64,000 nucleotides of DNA from Candidatus Caribbeanibacter nitroreducens. GTDB lineage: Bacteria > Gemmatimonadota > Gemmatimonadetes > Palauibacterales > Palauibacteraceae. The stretch covers positions 12,838 to 76,837 of the forward strand of contig CANPVF010000123.1 in the NCBI GenBank assembly GCA_947581645.1, written 5' to 3'. Below the pieces are notes generated by a model. The model did not search any database. It saw only the letters and a program-made list of their open reading frames with translations, and was not told the origin of the DNA. Both the position numbers and the translations under genes were made by a program. This document shows, one piece after another, positions 47,448 to 57,350 of this stretch. Each line of letters begins with the position of its first letter. Position 1 is the first letter of the stretch.

Positions 47448-47894
47448 GTGCGGAAACGGTGTACGGCAATCGCGGCCGCGGCGCTCCTGGTCGCTGCGTG
47501 TGACATCGGCCCGACGGCGCCGGAGTCCCTCAGCCGGGCCGGCGGCGATCCGGTTCGCGTGGCGGGGTGGGTGATCTACGGCGCCCGGGAGGTCGCCCCG
47601 CGGAACATGTGGGAGCGGCAGTACAGGGGCGCGGACGAGGCCATCCGGGAGGCGGACGGGGACCTCTCGCGCGTGCGCTGGTTCCTGGCGGACTCGATGC
47701 GCGGCGAGGAGCGCATCTGGTACGCCCGGGGGCTGTGGCTGGAGCCGCACACGATCGTGATGGCACAGGAGGCCGCGGACAGCAGGACGGGGGTGTGCCA
47801 CGAATCCGTGCACGAGATCCTGCAGACCAGGGACCACGGAGAGCCCGTCTTCGATCGGTGCCCCTTCGACACGACGAGCGGAGGTGACGGATGA
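47448..47894 (+). CDS. hypothetical lipoprotein with HExxH motif
   Basis: GTG start with GGGAGGAGG RBS. Signal peptide with lipobox 'LLVAAC'. Contains 'VCHESVHEIL' (HExxH). Stop overlaps the next gene's start (ATGA). Confidence 0.45.
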   Translation: MRKRCTAIAAAALLVAACDIGPTAPESLSRAGGDPVRVAGWVIYGAREVAPRNMWERQYRGADEAIREADGDLSRVRWFLADSMRGEERIWYARGLWLEPHTIVMAQEAADSRTGVCHESVHEILQTRDHGEPVFDRCPFDTTSGGDG

Positions 47895-48466
47895 TCGACG
47901 TGCTGGGGTTCGCGGGGAGCCTGAGGAGCGGGTCCCTGAACCGGAAGCTGCTGGAGTCCGCGCAGCGGTGCGCTGCCGAGGGCCTCCGGATCGAGCGGTT
48001 CCCCATCGACGACATTCCGCTCTACGACGCGGATCGGGACACGGAGGAGCGCCGGCCCCGGCCCGTGCGGGAGTTCAAGCGCGCCATCGACGAGGCGGAC
48101 GCCCTCCTGGTGGCGACGCCGGAGTACAACCAGGGGCTGCCGGGCGTCACGAAGAACGCCATCGACTGGGCGTCGCGACCGGGCCGTGACTCCGTGCTGC
48201 GGGGAAAGCCCGCCGGCATCATGGGCGCCACCATGGGGCCCTGGGGGACCGCCCGCAGCCAGGAGCAGCTGAAGCTGGCCCTCTCGGCCCCGCTCGCCCG
48301 TGTGATGCCCCACCCGGGCCTGTACGTGCGGCGGGCGCACGAGAAGTTCGACGAGGACGGGCGGCTCGTGGACGACGAGACCCGCCGTCGGCTCACCGGG
48401 TACCTGGAGAAGCTGGGGGAATGGGTGCGAGAGGTGGGAGACGTGAAGGCGGGACGCCGGGGCTGA
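47891..48466 (+). CDS. NAD(P)H-dependent FMN reductase family protein
   Basis: Flavodoxin-like 'VLGFAGSLRSGSLNRKLL' N-terminus and 'ALLVATPEYNQGLPGVTKNAIDW' are typical of the NADPH-dependent FMN reductase family. Confidence 0.8.
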   Translation: MIDVLGFAGSLRSGSLNRKLLESAQRCAAEGLRIERFPIDDIPLYDADRDTEERRPRPVREFKRAIDEADALLVATPEYNQGLPGVTKNAIDWASRPGRDSVLRGKPAGIMGATMGPWGTARSQEQLKLALSAPLARVMPHPGLYVRRAHEKFDEDGRLVDDETRRRLTGYLEKLGEWVREVGDVKAGRRG

Positions 48467-48477
48467 GGGCCGCTCAC

Positions 48478-49113
48478 ATGGAGGGACGCCCCGACCCTGC
48501 CGACGCGGTCGACGACGCGCGTGCCGACGACCGCGGCGCGCTGGAGACGCTCCGGGAGGCCACCCGGGGCGAGCACGAGCGGACCGAGCGGGCCATCGAA
48601 GGCCGGTTCTTCGGCGCCTCCGGGGGCATCGACCGGCGGGGCTACCGCGCGCTCCTGGAGGCCTTCCTGGGGCTCTACCGGCCGCTGGACGAGCGACTCG
48701 TACCCGCGTCCCGGCGACACCTGGCCTCCCTCCGTTACCGGCGGCGCGCGGACCGGATCGAGCGGGACCTGAGAGTCCTCGGCTGCAGCGAGGATCACCT
48801 GGACGAGCTCCCGACGTTCCCCCGCGACGAGCTTCCGGACGTCGACGGGCCGCACCGGCTGCTGGGATGCCTCTACGTGGTCGAGGGATCGGAGCTCGGA
48901 GGCCGGGTGATCCGGAAGCGCCTGGAGAAGGAGCTGGACGACGACGCTCTCCGCGCGGACGCCTTCTTCGGCACGGACCCGGGCCGGGTCCGGGAGCGCT
49001 GGACCGAGTTCCGGGCGGAGCTCGAGGACCGGCTGGCTCCCGGCGGCCCGGTGGAGGAGGCGGCGGAGGCGGCCCGGGCCACGTTCGGCGCCTTCCGGAG
49101 GTGGATGTCGTGA
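48478..49113 (+). CDS. heme oxygenase (biliverdin-producing, BphO-like)
   Basis: 211-aa all-helical protein. 'LREATRGEHERTE' matches the proximal-His helix region of HemO/BphO. Its stop overlaps the GTG start of the phytochrome gene (GTGA), the classic bphO-bphP arrangement. Confidence 0.65.
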   Translation: MEGRPDPADAVDDARADDRGALETLREATRGEHERTERAIEGRFFGASGGIDRRGYRALLEAFLGLYRPLDERLVPASRRHLASLRYRRRADRIERDLRVLGCSEDHLDELPTFPRDELPDVDGPHRLLGCLYVVEGSELGGRVIRKRLEKELDDDALRADAFFGTDPGRVRERWTEFRAELEDRLAPGGPVEEAAEAARATFGAFRRWMS

Positions 49114-51257
49114 GCGATCGGACGTTCCGCACCACCGGCAGCCTGGCCGTCGAGCCGGACATCGACCTGGAGGCCTGTCACACGGATCCGATCCACCGGT
49201 TCGCCTCCATCCAGGGGCACGGGACGTTCCTGCAGGTGGACCCGCAGGAGAAGCGCGTCCTGTCGGTGGCCGCCAACGTGGCGGACTACCTGGACCGGCC
49301 GGCGGACGACGTCGTCGGCGCTTCGACGGCAGCCCTCTTCGACCGCGGGTTCACGGCCAGGATCGAGCACTGGCCCCGGGGCGGCCGATCCGTCCGGGAG
49401 CGGCTCGTCCACGAGGGTGCGACCGGACGGCTCTCGGTCACGCTCTTCCCGGTGGGCGACACCTCCGGGATGGAGATCGAGCGGGCGCCGAGCGGCGGGG
49501 ACGTCCCCGAGGAGCTGATGATCAACGCCCGTCCCACGCTGGACCGCCTCCGCGGCCTCGACTCCCGCGAGGAGCTCTTCGGGGAGAGCGTGCGCGCGGT
49601 CCGACGCGTCTCGGGCTTCGACCGTGTGATGATGTACCGGTTCGACGAGGACGGCCACGGCTCCGTCGTCGCCGAGGACCGTCGCGACGACGTGAAGTCC
49701 TACCTCGGCCAGCACTTTCCCGCCTCGGACATCCCGGAGCCCGCCCGGCGCCTCTATCGGACGAACGGGATCCGGTACATCCCGGACGTGGACTACGCCC
49801 CGGTGGCGATCACGGGCCCGCAGGGAAAACGCCGCCGGGAGGAGCTGGACCTGACGCACTCGTTCCTGCGGGGCGTGCCGGAAGTGCATCGCCAGTACCT
49901 CCGGAACATGGGAGTCGGGTCGTCCCTCTCGGTCGCCGTCGTGGCGGAGGGCGAGCTCTGGGGGCTCATCGCCTGCCACGGCGTCGAGGCCCGTCGGATC
50001 GGCTGGGCCAGACGGAGCCTGTGCGAGCTCATCGGATCCACGGTCTCGCAGCAGATCGAACGACTGCGTGCCGGAGAGGAGCGGCGTCGCCGCCAGAGCG
50101 TACACCGCCTGGAAGACCGGCTCGAGTCGCCGACGGATCACACCGATCTGTTCGAACAGCTCCGGAGCGAGAGGTCACGGCTCCTGTCGCTCGTGGACGC
50201 CACGGCCTTCTACCTCCGGTTCGCCGGCCAGTCGCTGTGGCTCGCCGAGGACGGGTCGAGCGAGCCGCCGGAGGGGCTCGTGGAGCACGCCTCGAGCCAG
50301 CTGGACGGGAGGAAGTCGGCGGCCGTCCGATCCATCGCCGGCGAGCTGGACGACCGGTGGGAGCACTCGGAGCGATTCAGCGGCCTCCTGGCCGTCCGCC
50401 TGGGGCACTCGCCCCGTCACTTCTGCGCCTGGTTCCGGCCGGAGCATCGGGAGTCCATCGAGTGGGGCGGGGACCCGAGGCAGCCGGCCCGGGTGGACCC
50501 GGAGGGCGGGCTCTCGCCGCGGGACTCCTTCGAGGCCTGGACGCAGATCGTCTCCGGGCGGGCCCCGCGGTGGACGGACATGGACCGGATCACGGCCCGG
50601 GAGCTGGCGAAGCTCCTGGACGAGATGTTCATCGAGGTCCAGTCACATCGCCTCCAGCGCGTCAACCAGCAGCTCACGGAGAGAAACGCCGCGCTCGAGC
50701 AGGCGAAGAGCAGCCTGGAGGAGGCCAACGCCCGGCGCGAAGAGCTGCTGGAGGAGATGAAGGAGCTGGCCCGGACGGACGAGCTGACGGGACTCGCCAA
50801 CCGCCGCGAGCTCATGCGTCGTCTGGACGAGGAGGTCGACCGCGCCCGCCGCTACGGCAACTCGCTCTCGCTCGCCATCCTGGACCTGGACCGCTTCAAG
50901 GACGTGAACGACCGTCACGGGCATCAGGTCGGCGACCGGGTCCTGCGGCGCGTCGGGAAGCTCCTGGAGGAACGGACGCGCTCGCCGGACGTGGCGGGGC
51001 GGTACGGCGGGGAGGAGTTCGGGCTCGTCCTCCCCGAATCCGCCGCGGAGGAGGCGGTGGCGCTGAGCGAGCGCATTCTGGAGCGTATCCGTGACCTGAC
51101 GTTCGAGGTGGACGGCCGGACGTTCGGCATCACGGCCAGCGTGGGTGTGGCCGAGCTCCGGGACGGGGAAGAGCCGACGGACCGGCTGATCCGGACGGCG
51201 GACGAGGCGCTGTACAGGGCCAAGGAGGAGGGAAGGGACCGGGTCGTAGCCGGCTGA
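49110..51257 (+). CDS. bphP: bacteriophytochrome photoreceptor with C-terminal GGDEF diguanylate cyclase output (PAS-GAF-PHY-GGDEF)
   Basis: N-terminal 'LEACHTDPIHRFASIQGHG' provides the biliverdin-binding Cys and PAS motif. GAF 'VMMYRFDEDGHGSVVAED...YLGQHFPASDIP', PHY domain, then 'GGEEFGLVL' GGDEF active site. Confidence 0.85.
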   Translation: MSDRTFRTTGSLAVEPDIDLEACHTDPIHRFASIQGHGTFLQVDPQEKRVLSVAANVADYLDRPADDVVGASTAALFDRGFTARIEHWPRGGRSVRERLVHEGATGRLSVTLFPVGDTSGMEIERAPSGGDVPEELMINARPTLDRLRGLDSREELFGESVRAVRRVSGFDRVMMYRFDEDGHGSVVAEDRRDDVKSYLGQHFPASDIPEPARRLYRTNGIRYIPDVDYAPVAITGPQGKRRREELDLTHSFLRGVPEVHRQYLRNMGVGSSLSVAVVAEGELWGLIACHGVEARRIGWARRSLCELIGSTVSQQIERLRAGEERRRRQSVHRLEDRLESPTDHTDLFEQLRSERSRLLSLVDATAFYLRFAGQSLWLAEDGSSEPPEGLVEHASSQLDGRKSAAVRSIAGELDDRWEHSERFSGLLAVRLGHSPRHFCAWFRPEHRESIEWGGDPRQPARVDPEGGLSPRDSFEAWTQIVSGRAPRWTDMDRITARELAKLLDEMFIEVQSHRLQRVNQQLTERNAALEQAKSSLEEANARREELLEEMKELARTDELTGLANRRELMRRLDEEVDRARRYGNSLSLAILDLDRFKDVNDRHGHQVGDRVLRRVGKLLEERTRSPDVAGRYGGEEFGLVLPESAAEEAVALSERILERIRDLTFEVDGRTFGITASVGVAELRDGEEPTDRLIRTADEALYRAKEEGRDRVVAG

Positions 51258-51272
51258 GCCGTCCCCGTCGCC

Positions 51273-51677
51273 TCAGCCGTGGCCGTGACCGTCCGCCGCG
51301 TCTCCCTCCCCGTGGTCGACCTCACGGGCCTCCGCCAGGTACATCCGGTTTCCGTCGGGGTCCTCGAAGTAGGCCAGGGGCACCGCGGTGTCCTCGGTGA
51401 GATCGGTGACGAAGGTCACGCCCCGATCCGACAGCTCGCTCACGACCCGTTCCAGGTCGCCGTCGACGTGGAAGCCCAGCGTCGTGGAGCCGGATTCGCC
51501 CACCGTGGCGCTGTCCATGGCGTCGTGCAGCCCCACGGCGAAGCCGTCGGGAGCCCGCACCACCGCCCATCCGGGGCCCGCCCGGTAGGCCAGATCCAGG
51601 CCCAGGGTCTCGGTGTAGAACTCCAGCGCCCGGTCCACGTCCGTGACGTAGACCGTGACCATGCCGCCGGTGATCAT
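51273..51677 (-). CDS. VOC-family (glyoxalase/bleomycin-resistance-like) protein
   Basis: 134-aa two-module beta-alpha-beta-beta-beta fold pattern ('VTVYVTDVDRALEFY', 'GFHVDGDLERVV'). Confidence 0.65.
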   Translation of the reverse strand: MITGGMVTVYVTDVDRALEFYTETLGLDLAYRAGPGWAVVRAPDGFAVGLHDAMDSATVGESGSTTLGFHVDGDLERVVSELSDRGVTFVTDLTEDTAVPLAYFEDPDGNRMYLAEAREVDHGEGDAADGHGHG

Positions 51678-51711
51678 CGGAGCTACCCCTGCTCGTCTGG
51701 CGGAGGCGGGC

Positions 51712-52074
51712 TCAGCTGTCGGAGATCGTGTCCAGCGTCGAGCGGATCGACCGGAGCGTTCGGTGATACGCCGGATGGGTCTCGGCGCTCGGCAGGACCG
51801 CCTCCAGCTCGTCGAGCTGGCCCTGGATGCGCTGGCTGCGCTGCATCCTCTGCTCCCGCTCGGCGGGAGGCGCGGCGTAGACGGTCTCGGCCGGAGCGGC
51901 CCGGAGCTTCTCGACCGTGGACGAGAGCCGGGTGGTCTCCTGTCGCAGGGAGTCCGCCACGGAGACCGGTACCGTGCCCTGGCCGGCCCGATACCACATG
52001 AACCCCAGGACCACCGCCACCAGGGCGGCGATTGCGGTGAAGACCTTCCAGGGCGTCGCGTCTGAATCGCTCAT
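51712..52074 (-). CDS. hypothetical membrane-anchored protein
   Basis: Start overlaps the stop of the upstream S9 peptidase gene. One N-terminal TM then a helical region. No family. Confidence 0.4.
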   Translation of the reverse strand: MSDSDATPWKVFTAIAALVAVVLGFMWYRAGQGTVPVSVADSLRQETTRLSSTVEKLRAAPAETVYAAPPAEREQRMQRSQRIQGQLDELEAVLPSAETHPAYHRTLRSIRSTLDTISDS

Positions 52075-54197
52075 CGTGTTTCCTCGTCTTCGTTTCCGGG
52101 ACGCTCAGGCGCCGTCCAATCTTGCTGGCCCCGCACCCACTTCTGCAACCACCGGAGTTCCTCGATTCGCCGGGTGCGGTCGTGGCGGGGCTCCGAGATG
52201 CCGTGTCCCTCGCGCGGGAAGCGGATGAAGCGGGTCGGGACGTCGAACCACCGGAGCGCCTGGTGGAAGTTCATGGACTGCCCCATGGTGTCGATCCGGT
52301 CCTCCTCGCCGTGGAAGAGGATCGTCGGCGTCTCCACCTGGTCCATGTGGGTGTAGGAGGAGCGCTCGTCCCAGAACTCACCGTTGGACCAGGGATCGCC
52401 GCCCAGGTACCACCGGACGACGTCGTAGTGGAACCCCTGACCGAACTCGCTGGGCCAGTCCGACACCATGGCGCCGAGGCTCGCGGCCTCGAAGCGATCG
52501 GTCTGCGTGATCGTCCACCCGCCCAGGATCCCGCCGTAGCTCCATCCCTTGACAGCCAGGGAGTCGCCGTGGGCGACCCCGCGCTCCAGCATGTGGTCGA
52601 CGCCGGTCATCACGTCCCGGTAATCACCGCCTCCGATGTCCTCCATGTTGCCACGCAGGAACGCGTCCCCGTAGCCGGTGGAGCCGCGGACGTTGGGCTG
52701 GAGCACCGCGTACCCGTGGGCCGCCAGGACCTGGACGTCGGTGTCGAAGGAGCGGGTGAACACACCCGCCGGGCCGCCGTGGATGTTGACCACGAACGCG
52801 CCGGGACTCGACCAGCCGGCGGCCCGCCCGCCGCCGTCGGTCTCCGGCGGGCGCCAGAGAAGGCCCTCGATCTCGGTCCCGTCCTCGCTCGTCCAGTGGA
52901 CCTCCTCCGGCGTCGCCAGCGACTTCGCCTCCACGTCCGGGTTGGCCCGCGTCAGACGGGTGGGAGAGATCCGGCCGTCGCCTCCGGAGGGGAGGTCCGC
53001 CACGTAGAGGTCTCCGGGGCGCGTCGGCGTCTCCAGCGTGTAGGCCACGCGACCGCCGTCGCCGGTGAACGCGAAGTCGGCGGACCCCACGGTGCCCGCG
53101 TGCCGGGAGATCTGCCGCGGCTCGGAGCCGCTTTCCGGCCGTACCCGGTAGAGGTTGGACGTGGTGCTGTCCAGTGCGGTGAACAGGATCGATCTCCCGT
53201 CCGGCGACCAGCGATACTGGCCGATGGCCGGCTGGAAGTCCGCCAGGAGCTGGCGCGTCTCTCCGCTCTCCAGGTCCATGGCGTACAGGTTCCCCTGGTC
53301 CAGGCGCCAGTCCTGCCGGTCCGGCGCCATGAAGGTCAGGGTCTCCCCGTCCGGGCTCCACGCCGGATCGGACTCCGGGGCGTCGTTGTCGGTGAGCACG
53401 CGGATCTCCCCGCCCCCGCCCGGGACCACCGCGAGCTCCGCGTTGTTCGCGTCGTTCCGATGCTGCTCGGTGCGGAACGTGAAGGCCACGCGGCGACCCT
53501 CGGGCCCGACGGCGAAGTCGGCCACGGCCCGCTCACCCTCGGTGACGGGACGGGCCTCGCCGGAGTCCGGGTGTGCGGCGACGCGCCACAGGTTCGTCCA
53601 CCGGTGGCGGACCTGCCCGTTCGGTCCCTCGTTCACGAAGACCGCGTCGTAGCCGTTCTCCCGCCGCTCCTCCTCCTCGTCGGTGAGGCTGTCGTCGGCG
53701 GCGAAGTAGATGTGCTCGCCGTCGGGGCCCCAGCGATAGTCCCCGACGGAGGTGACGTGCTCGGTGAGCTGCCGGGCTTCGCCTCCGTCCGCGGGGAGCA
53801 GGAAGAGCTGGCGGACCTCGTCGTCTCCCTCGCCCGCCGGCCGGAGAAAGGCGAGCCACTCGCCGTCCGGCGACCAGCGCGGGGCGGCGTCGCCCTCCCC
53901 GGAGGTGTAGGGCCTCGCGTTCTCCCCGTCCGCTCCGACGATCCACAGGCGGCCGTCCCGCTCGTTGTCCTCCCAGTCGAGCTCGCTTCGGGCGTAGACC
54001 ACCTGCTCTCCGTCGGGGGAGAGGCGGGGGTTGCCGACGTCCACCAGGCCGATGGCATCGTCGACGGTGAACAGGTCGCCGGTGTCCGCCGCCGCGGCGG
54101 GGCCGGGTCCGGGCGACGCGGCTGCGGCGTCGGGAGCCGGGACCAGCATCAGGGACGTGGCCAGGAGGGCGATCAGGGGGCGCGTACGGCTCGTCAT
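52071..54197 (-). CDS. S9-family serine peptidase with N-terminal beta-propeller (prolyl oligopeptidase / acylaminoacyl-peptidase-like), secreted
   Basis: Signal peptide, repeated propeller blades, and a C-terminal alpha/beta-hydrolase with 'GWSYGG' nucleophile elbow. Confidence 0.85.
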   Translation of the reverse strand: MTSRTRPLIALLATSLMLVPAPDAAAASPGPGPAAAADTGDLFTVDDAIGLVDVGNPRLSPDGEQVVYARSELDWEDNERDGRLWIVGADGENARPYTSGEGDAAPRWSPDGEWLAFLRPAGEGDDEVRQLFLLPADGGEARQLTEHVTSVGDYRWGPDGEHIYFAADDSLTDEEEERRENGYDAVFVNEGPNGQVRHRWTNLWRVAAHPDSGEARPVTEGERAVADFAVGPEGRRVAFTFRTEQHRNDANNAELAVVPGGGGEIRVLTDNDAPESDPAWSPDGETLTFMAPDRQDWRLDQGNLYAMDLESGETRQLLADFQPAIGQYRWSPDGRSILFTALDSTTSNLYRVRPESGSEPRQISRHAGTVGSADFAFTGDGGRVAYTLETPTRPGDLYVADLPSGGDGRISPTRLTRANPDVEAKSLATPEEVHWTSEDGTEIEGLLWRPPETDGGGRAAGWSSPGAFVVNIHGGPAGVFTRSFDTDVQVLAAHGYAVLQPNVRGSTGYGDAFLRGNMEDIGGGDYRDVMTGVDHMLERGVAHGDSLAVKGWSYGGILGGWTITQTDRFEAASLGAMVSDWPSEFGQGFHYDVVRWYLGGDPWSNGEFWDERSSYTHMDQVETPTILFHGEEDRIDTMGQSMNFHQALRWFDVPTRFIRFPREGHGISEPRHDRTRRIEELRWLQKWVRGQQDWTAPERPGNEDEETR

Positions 54198-54314
54198 GGT
54201 AAGCTCCTCCGGATCTCTCGTCGGCCGGTGACCGTGGCCGACTCTGATGAAGCTCGGGTGAATCTCAGGTGCGCGGGTGACGAACGGGGATTGTGCTGGC
54301 GCGGCGCCGGCGGC

Positions 54315-54785
54315 TCATCTGTTCCGTCCCGGCAGGTCGTCCGGGAGTCGTTCGAGGCCCCCGGAGGCCATGGACCAGTCGATCAGGAGCTGACGCGCCT
54401 CCTCGGAGAGTCGCGCCTCCGGATGCATGATCCGGTAGCTCGTCGGGGGCATGGCGTCGCTCTCCACCTCGTCGCCGATCTCGCCGATCAGGTCGCGGGC
54501 CTCCTCCGGGTCGGTGGGCCAGTCCGTGAGGTTCATGTGCTCGCGGCCCTGGTGGACGTCGTTGGCGACGTACCAGGAGACGGGCGCCACGCGGCTGTAC
54601 CAGGGCCAGTCGGTGCGGTTCGAGTGGCAGTCCCAGCACGCACGGCGCAGGACGCTGTCCACGTCGGCCGGGGCACTGATCACATTCTCCACCGGCGGAT
54701 TCGTCCGGTCGACGGGCACGAACTGTATGCCGACGACCGCGACGACCAGGAGGCCGCCGGCGATCTTCCACCACGAGCGGTCCAT
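54315..54785 (-). CDS. haem-binding domain protein (single CxxCH)
   Basis: N-terminal TM anchor and a 'CWDCHS' heme c-binding motif. Size and motif fit the Haem_bd family as recalled. Confidence 0.6.
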   Translation of the reverse strand: MDRSWWKIAGGLLVVAVVGIQFVPVDRTNPPVENVISAPADVDSVLRRACWDCHSNRTDWPWYSRVAPVSWYVANDVHQGREHMNLTDWPTDPEEARDLIGEIGDEVESDAMPPTSYRIMHPEARLSEEARQLLIDWSMASGGLERLPDDLPGRNR

Positions 54786-54942
54786 GCGGAGGGGCCTCGG
54801 GCCTGTTCCGGTGGGGACGACGAGCGAGCGACGGGCAATCGTACCCCGACTTGCCTCGCGGCGACAATCGGCCTATTCACAGTTCGGCTCGACGGATGAC
54901 CGCGCGCAGCGACCGATTCAGAAGGAGGACCCTCCGGACCCG

Positions 54943-55746
54943 ATGAAGCCGACGACCGCCACCCGCGTCTTCGCCCTGGCCGCCGCACTCCTCCTGACCG
55001 GCTCCTCCCCAGCGGCTGCCCAGGAGTTCCAGTGGCCCGACGAGCCGGAGAACCTGGAGGTGCTCCCGGACACCCTCGGGCCCGACGGCCTCCGCCGAAC
55101 CATGGGCCACTTCACCGAAGCGCTGGGAGTCCGGTGCTCGTACTGCCACGTCGGGGAGGAGGGCGCGCCGCTGTCCGAGTACGACTTCGCCTCCGACGAC
55201 AACGACCACAAGCAGGCGGCCCGGGTGATGCTCCGGATGGTCGAGGCCATCAACTCCGAACACCTGGAGCAGCTGGAGCACGAGCACCAGGGCGAGGGGC
55301 ACGCCCAAGCCGGCTACACGCTCCCCGCGGACCGGGAGGTGAACTGCATCACCTGCCACCGCGGGACCGACCGTCCGGCCATGATCGAGGACGTGCTGGC
55401 GGGGGTCATCGAGCGGGACGGCGTCGGGGCCGCCGTGAAGCGATACGAGCAGCTCCGGGAGGAGTACTACGGCAGCTTCGCCTACGATTTCACGGTGGGT
55501 CCGCTGAGCGAGCTCGCCCGCAACCTGGCGACCCGCGGGCAGACGGACGCCGCGGTCCGGATGGCGGAGCTCGAGGTGAAGCATCACCAGGAGAGCTACC
55601 GGGCTCACTTCGTGCTGGCCCAGATGCTGGATCAGGCCGGAGACCGGGAGCGCGCCGTGGAGAGCATACAGCGGGCTCTGGACCTGGCCCCCGACGAGGC
55701 CCGATCGTTCCTCCAGCGGCAGCTGGAGCGCATTCGCGGCGGCTGA
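54943..55746 (+). CDS. secreted di-heme c-type cytochrome with C-terminal TPR-like region
   Basis: Signal peptide and two CxxCH motifs ('CSYCH', 'CITCH'), then a C-terminal helical repeat. Divergent from the Haem_bd gene. Confidence 0.6.
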   Translation: MKPTTATRVFALAAALLLTGSSPAAAQEFQWPDEPENLEVLPDTLGPDGLRRTMGHFTEALGVRCSYCHVGEEGAPLSEYDFASDDNDHKQAARVMLRMVEAINSEHLEQLEHEHQGEGHAQAGYTLPADREVNCITCHRGTDRPAMIEDVLAGVIERDGVGAAVKRYEQLREEYYGSFAYDFTVGPLSELARNLATRGQTDAAVRMAELEVKHHQESYRAHFVLAQMLDQAGDRERAVESIQRALDLAPDEARSFLQRQLERIRGG

Positions 55747-55907
55747 GCGGGAGTCGGGAGCCCGAGCCGAGCGTTGGCCGGGCGAGGACCCCGGTGTATC
55801 TTGAACCCGGCCCCGCGCGGCCGGGGCAGCTCGAGCACCGGCGGGAGCACCGTCGATCCCGGTCGCCCGGACGAGCGTCCCCCCTCACCTGAGCACGGAG
55901 GAATGCA

Positions 55908-56162
55908 GTGTCGCCCGGAGCGGTTTGGGTGATGTACGCGGGCAGGAAGTCCTCGTCCCCCATGGAGGAGGACGAGCCCGAGGAAAAGCAGGAGTTCAGG
56001 GATTCCGATGACGCCCGCCGCGCTGCCCGGGCGTATCTCCGCGACCGCTGCGGCGGGGACGCCGAGCTCGAGGAGCTGGTGGAGGGGGGATCGCTGTTCG
56101 TGAAGGCCAAGGACGAGCCGTACTCCGTGCGGATCGAACGAAAGCTCACCACCGAGGCCTGA
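55908..56162 (+). CDS. hypothetical protein (weak)
   Basis: Track ORF only; acidic; start unclear. Confidence 0.25.
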   Translation: MSPGAVWVMYAGRKSSSPMEEDEPEEKQEFRDSDDARRAARAYLRDRCGGDAELEELVEGGSLFVKAKDEPYSVRIERKLTTEA

Positions 56163-56167
56163 GGACG

Positions 56168-56752
56168 ATGCTTCTGTCGGGAGGGCGGCACCCGGGTCCC
56201 CGGGGGCACCGCGCTCTCCCGCTCCTCGCCGCCGCCGCGGCGGCGTACCTCTTCTTTCCTCTCCCGGCCCGAGCCCAGGACGGGGGGGCGAACGTCCGGC
56301 TCGTCTCGGCGCTCGGTCCGATCGTGCTCGACGGCGACTTCGGCCTCGAGGCGGCGACGGGCGTCGAGCTGCAGTGGAGCCGCTTCGCCGCCGCCCTCCG
56401 CGGCGCGGAGCTGGCCCTGGTTCCCGGCGAGGCGGAATCCGGCTACGCCTGGGAGACCCTGTCCAACGGTCAGCGGCGGTGCCGCGAGGCCGCTACCGGC
56501 AGGTTCGCGTCGGACACCCGCTGCATCGAGCTGGCCGCGGCCTTCGGCGTCTCCGCGGAGACCTCCTGGCGCGTCAGCCGGGGACGGCGCCCCCTGCACC
56601 TCGGCGCGGGCTTCCGCGCCGGGGAGGGGGGTGGCCCGTACGGCACCGTGAGGTGGCGCGCCGTGCCCGGAGCCGGCAGCGACTGGCACCTGCGGGCGTC
56701 GGCAGGGCCGTCGCTCTTCCGGCTGGCCGCCGGCTTCGGACTCTCCCTCTGA
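56168..56752 (+). CDS. hypothetical secreted protein
   Basis: Signal peptide 'LLAAAAAAYLFFPLPARAQD'. No family. Confidence 0.4.
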   Translation: MLLSGGRHPGPRGHRALPLLAAAAAAYLFFPLPARAQDGGANVRLVSALGPIVLDGDFGLEAATGVELQWSRFAAALRGAELALVPGEAESGYAWETLSNGQRRCREAATGRFASDTRCIELAAAFGVSAETSWRVSRGRRPLHLGAGFRAGEGGGPYGTVRWRAVPGAGSDWHLRASAGPSLFRLAAGFGLSL

Positions 56753-56777
56753 GGTCCTCCTGAGGTCCTCCGGCCGT

Positions 56778-57335
56778 GTGCCCGGGCGAGGGAGCGCCGG
56801 GTCTCCCGTGCCCATTCCCGCGCTGGTCATGCTCGGCGCGGCGACGCTGACGGCGGCCTGCGGCGGAGGCGGGCCGGGGCCCGGCGACGGGGCCGGAGCC
56901 CCGGATCGGGGTCCGCCGGCGGCCGCTTCCGTGGAATGGGCCGGGCTCCGCTACGAGGTCTCGGTGCTGGCGAGCCCGGAGGACCGGATCCGGCTACGGG
57001 CGGAGGTGACCAACGTGACCGGGCGCTACCGGGAGGCGGAGCTCCCGTGGTGCCTGATCCGGGCCCGGCTGCACCGCGACGGCCGCGTCGTCTGGGATCA
57101 GGCCCGGGCGGAGGGCTGCGGCGACGGGATCAGACTGATCCGCCTGGAGAGCGGCCGGTCGGAGGAGTTCCGGCGCACGCTCGGCGCGGACCGCGTGCTG
57201 GGGGACAGCCTCGCGCCCGGCCGCTTCGAAGTGAGCGTGCGGCTTCCCCGTGCCCGGGGCCTCGGACCTCCCCGCGCCGAGATGGAGCTGAGGCTGGGGA
57301 CCGTCACGCTGGAGCGGTCCGAGGGCGCCCGGTAG
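56778..57335 (+). CDS. hypothetical lipoprotein
   Basis: Lipobox 'LTAAC' after an N-terminal hydrophobic segment. No family. Confidence 0.4.
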   Translation: MPGRGSAGSPVPIPALVMLGAATLTAACGGGGPGPGDGAGAPDRGPPAAASVEWAGLRYEVSVLASPEDRIRLRAEVTNVTGRYREAELPWCLIRARLHRDGRVVWDQARAEGCGDGIRLIRLESGRSEEFRRTLGADRVLGDSLAPGRFEVSVRLPRARGLGPPRAEMELRLGTVTLERSEGAR

Positions 57336-57350
57336 CCGCCGGGCGGCGGG

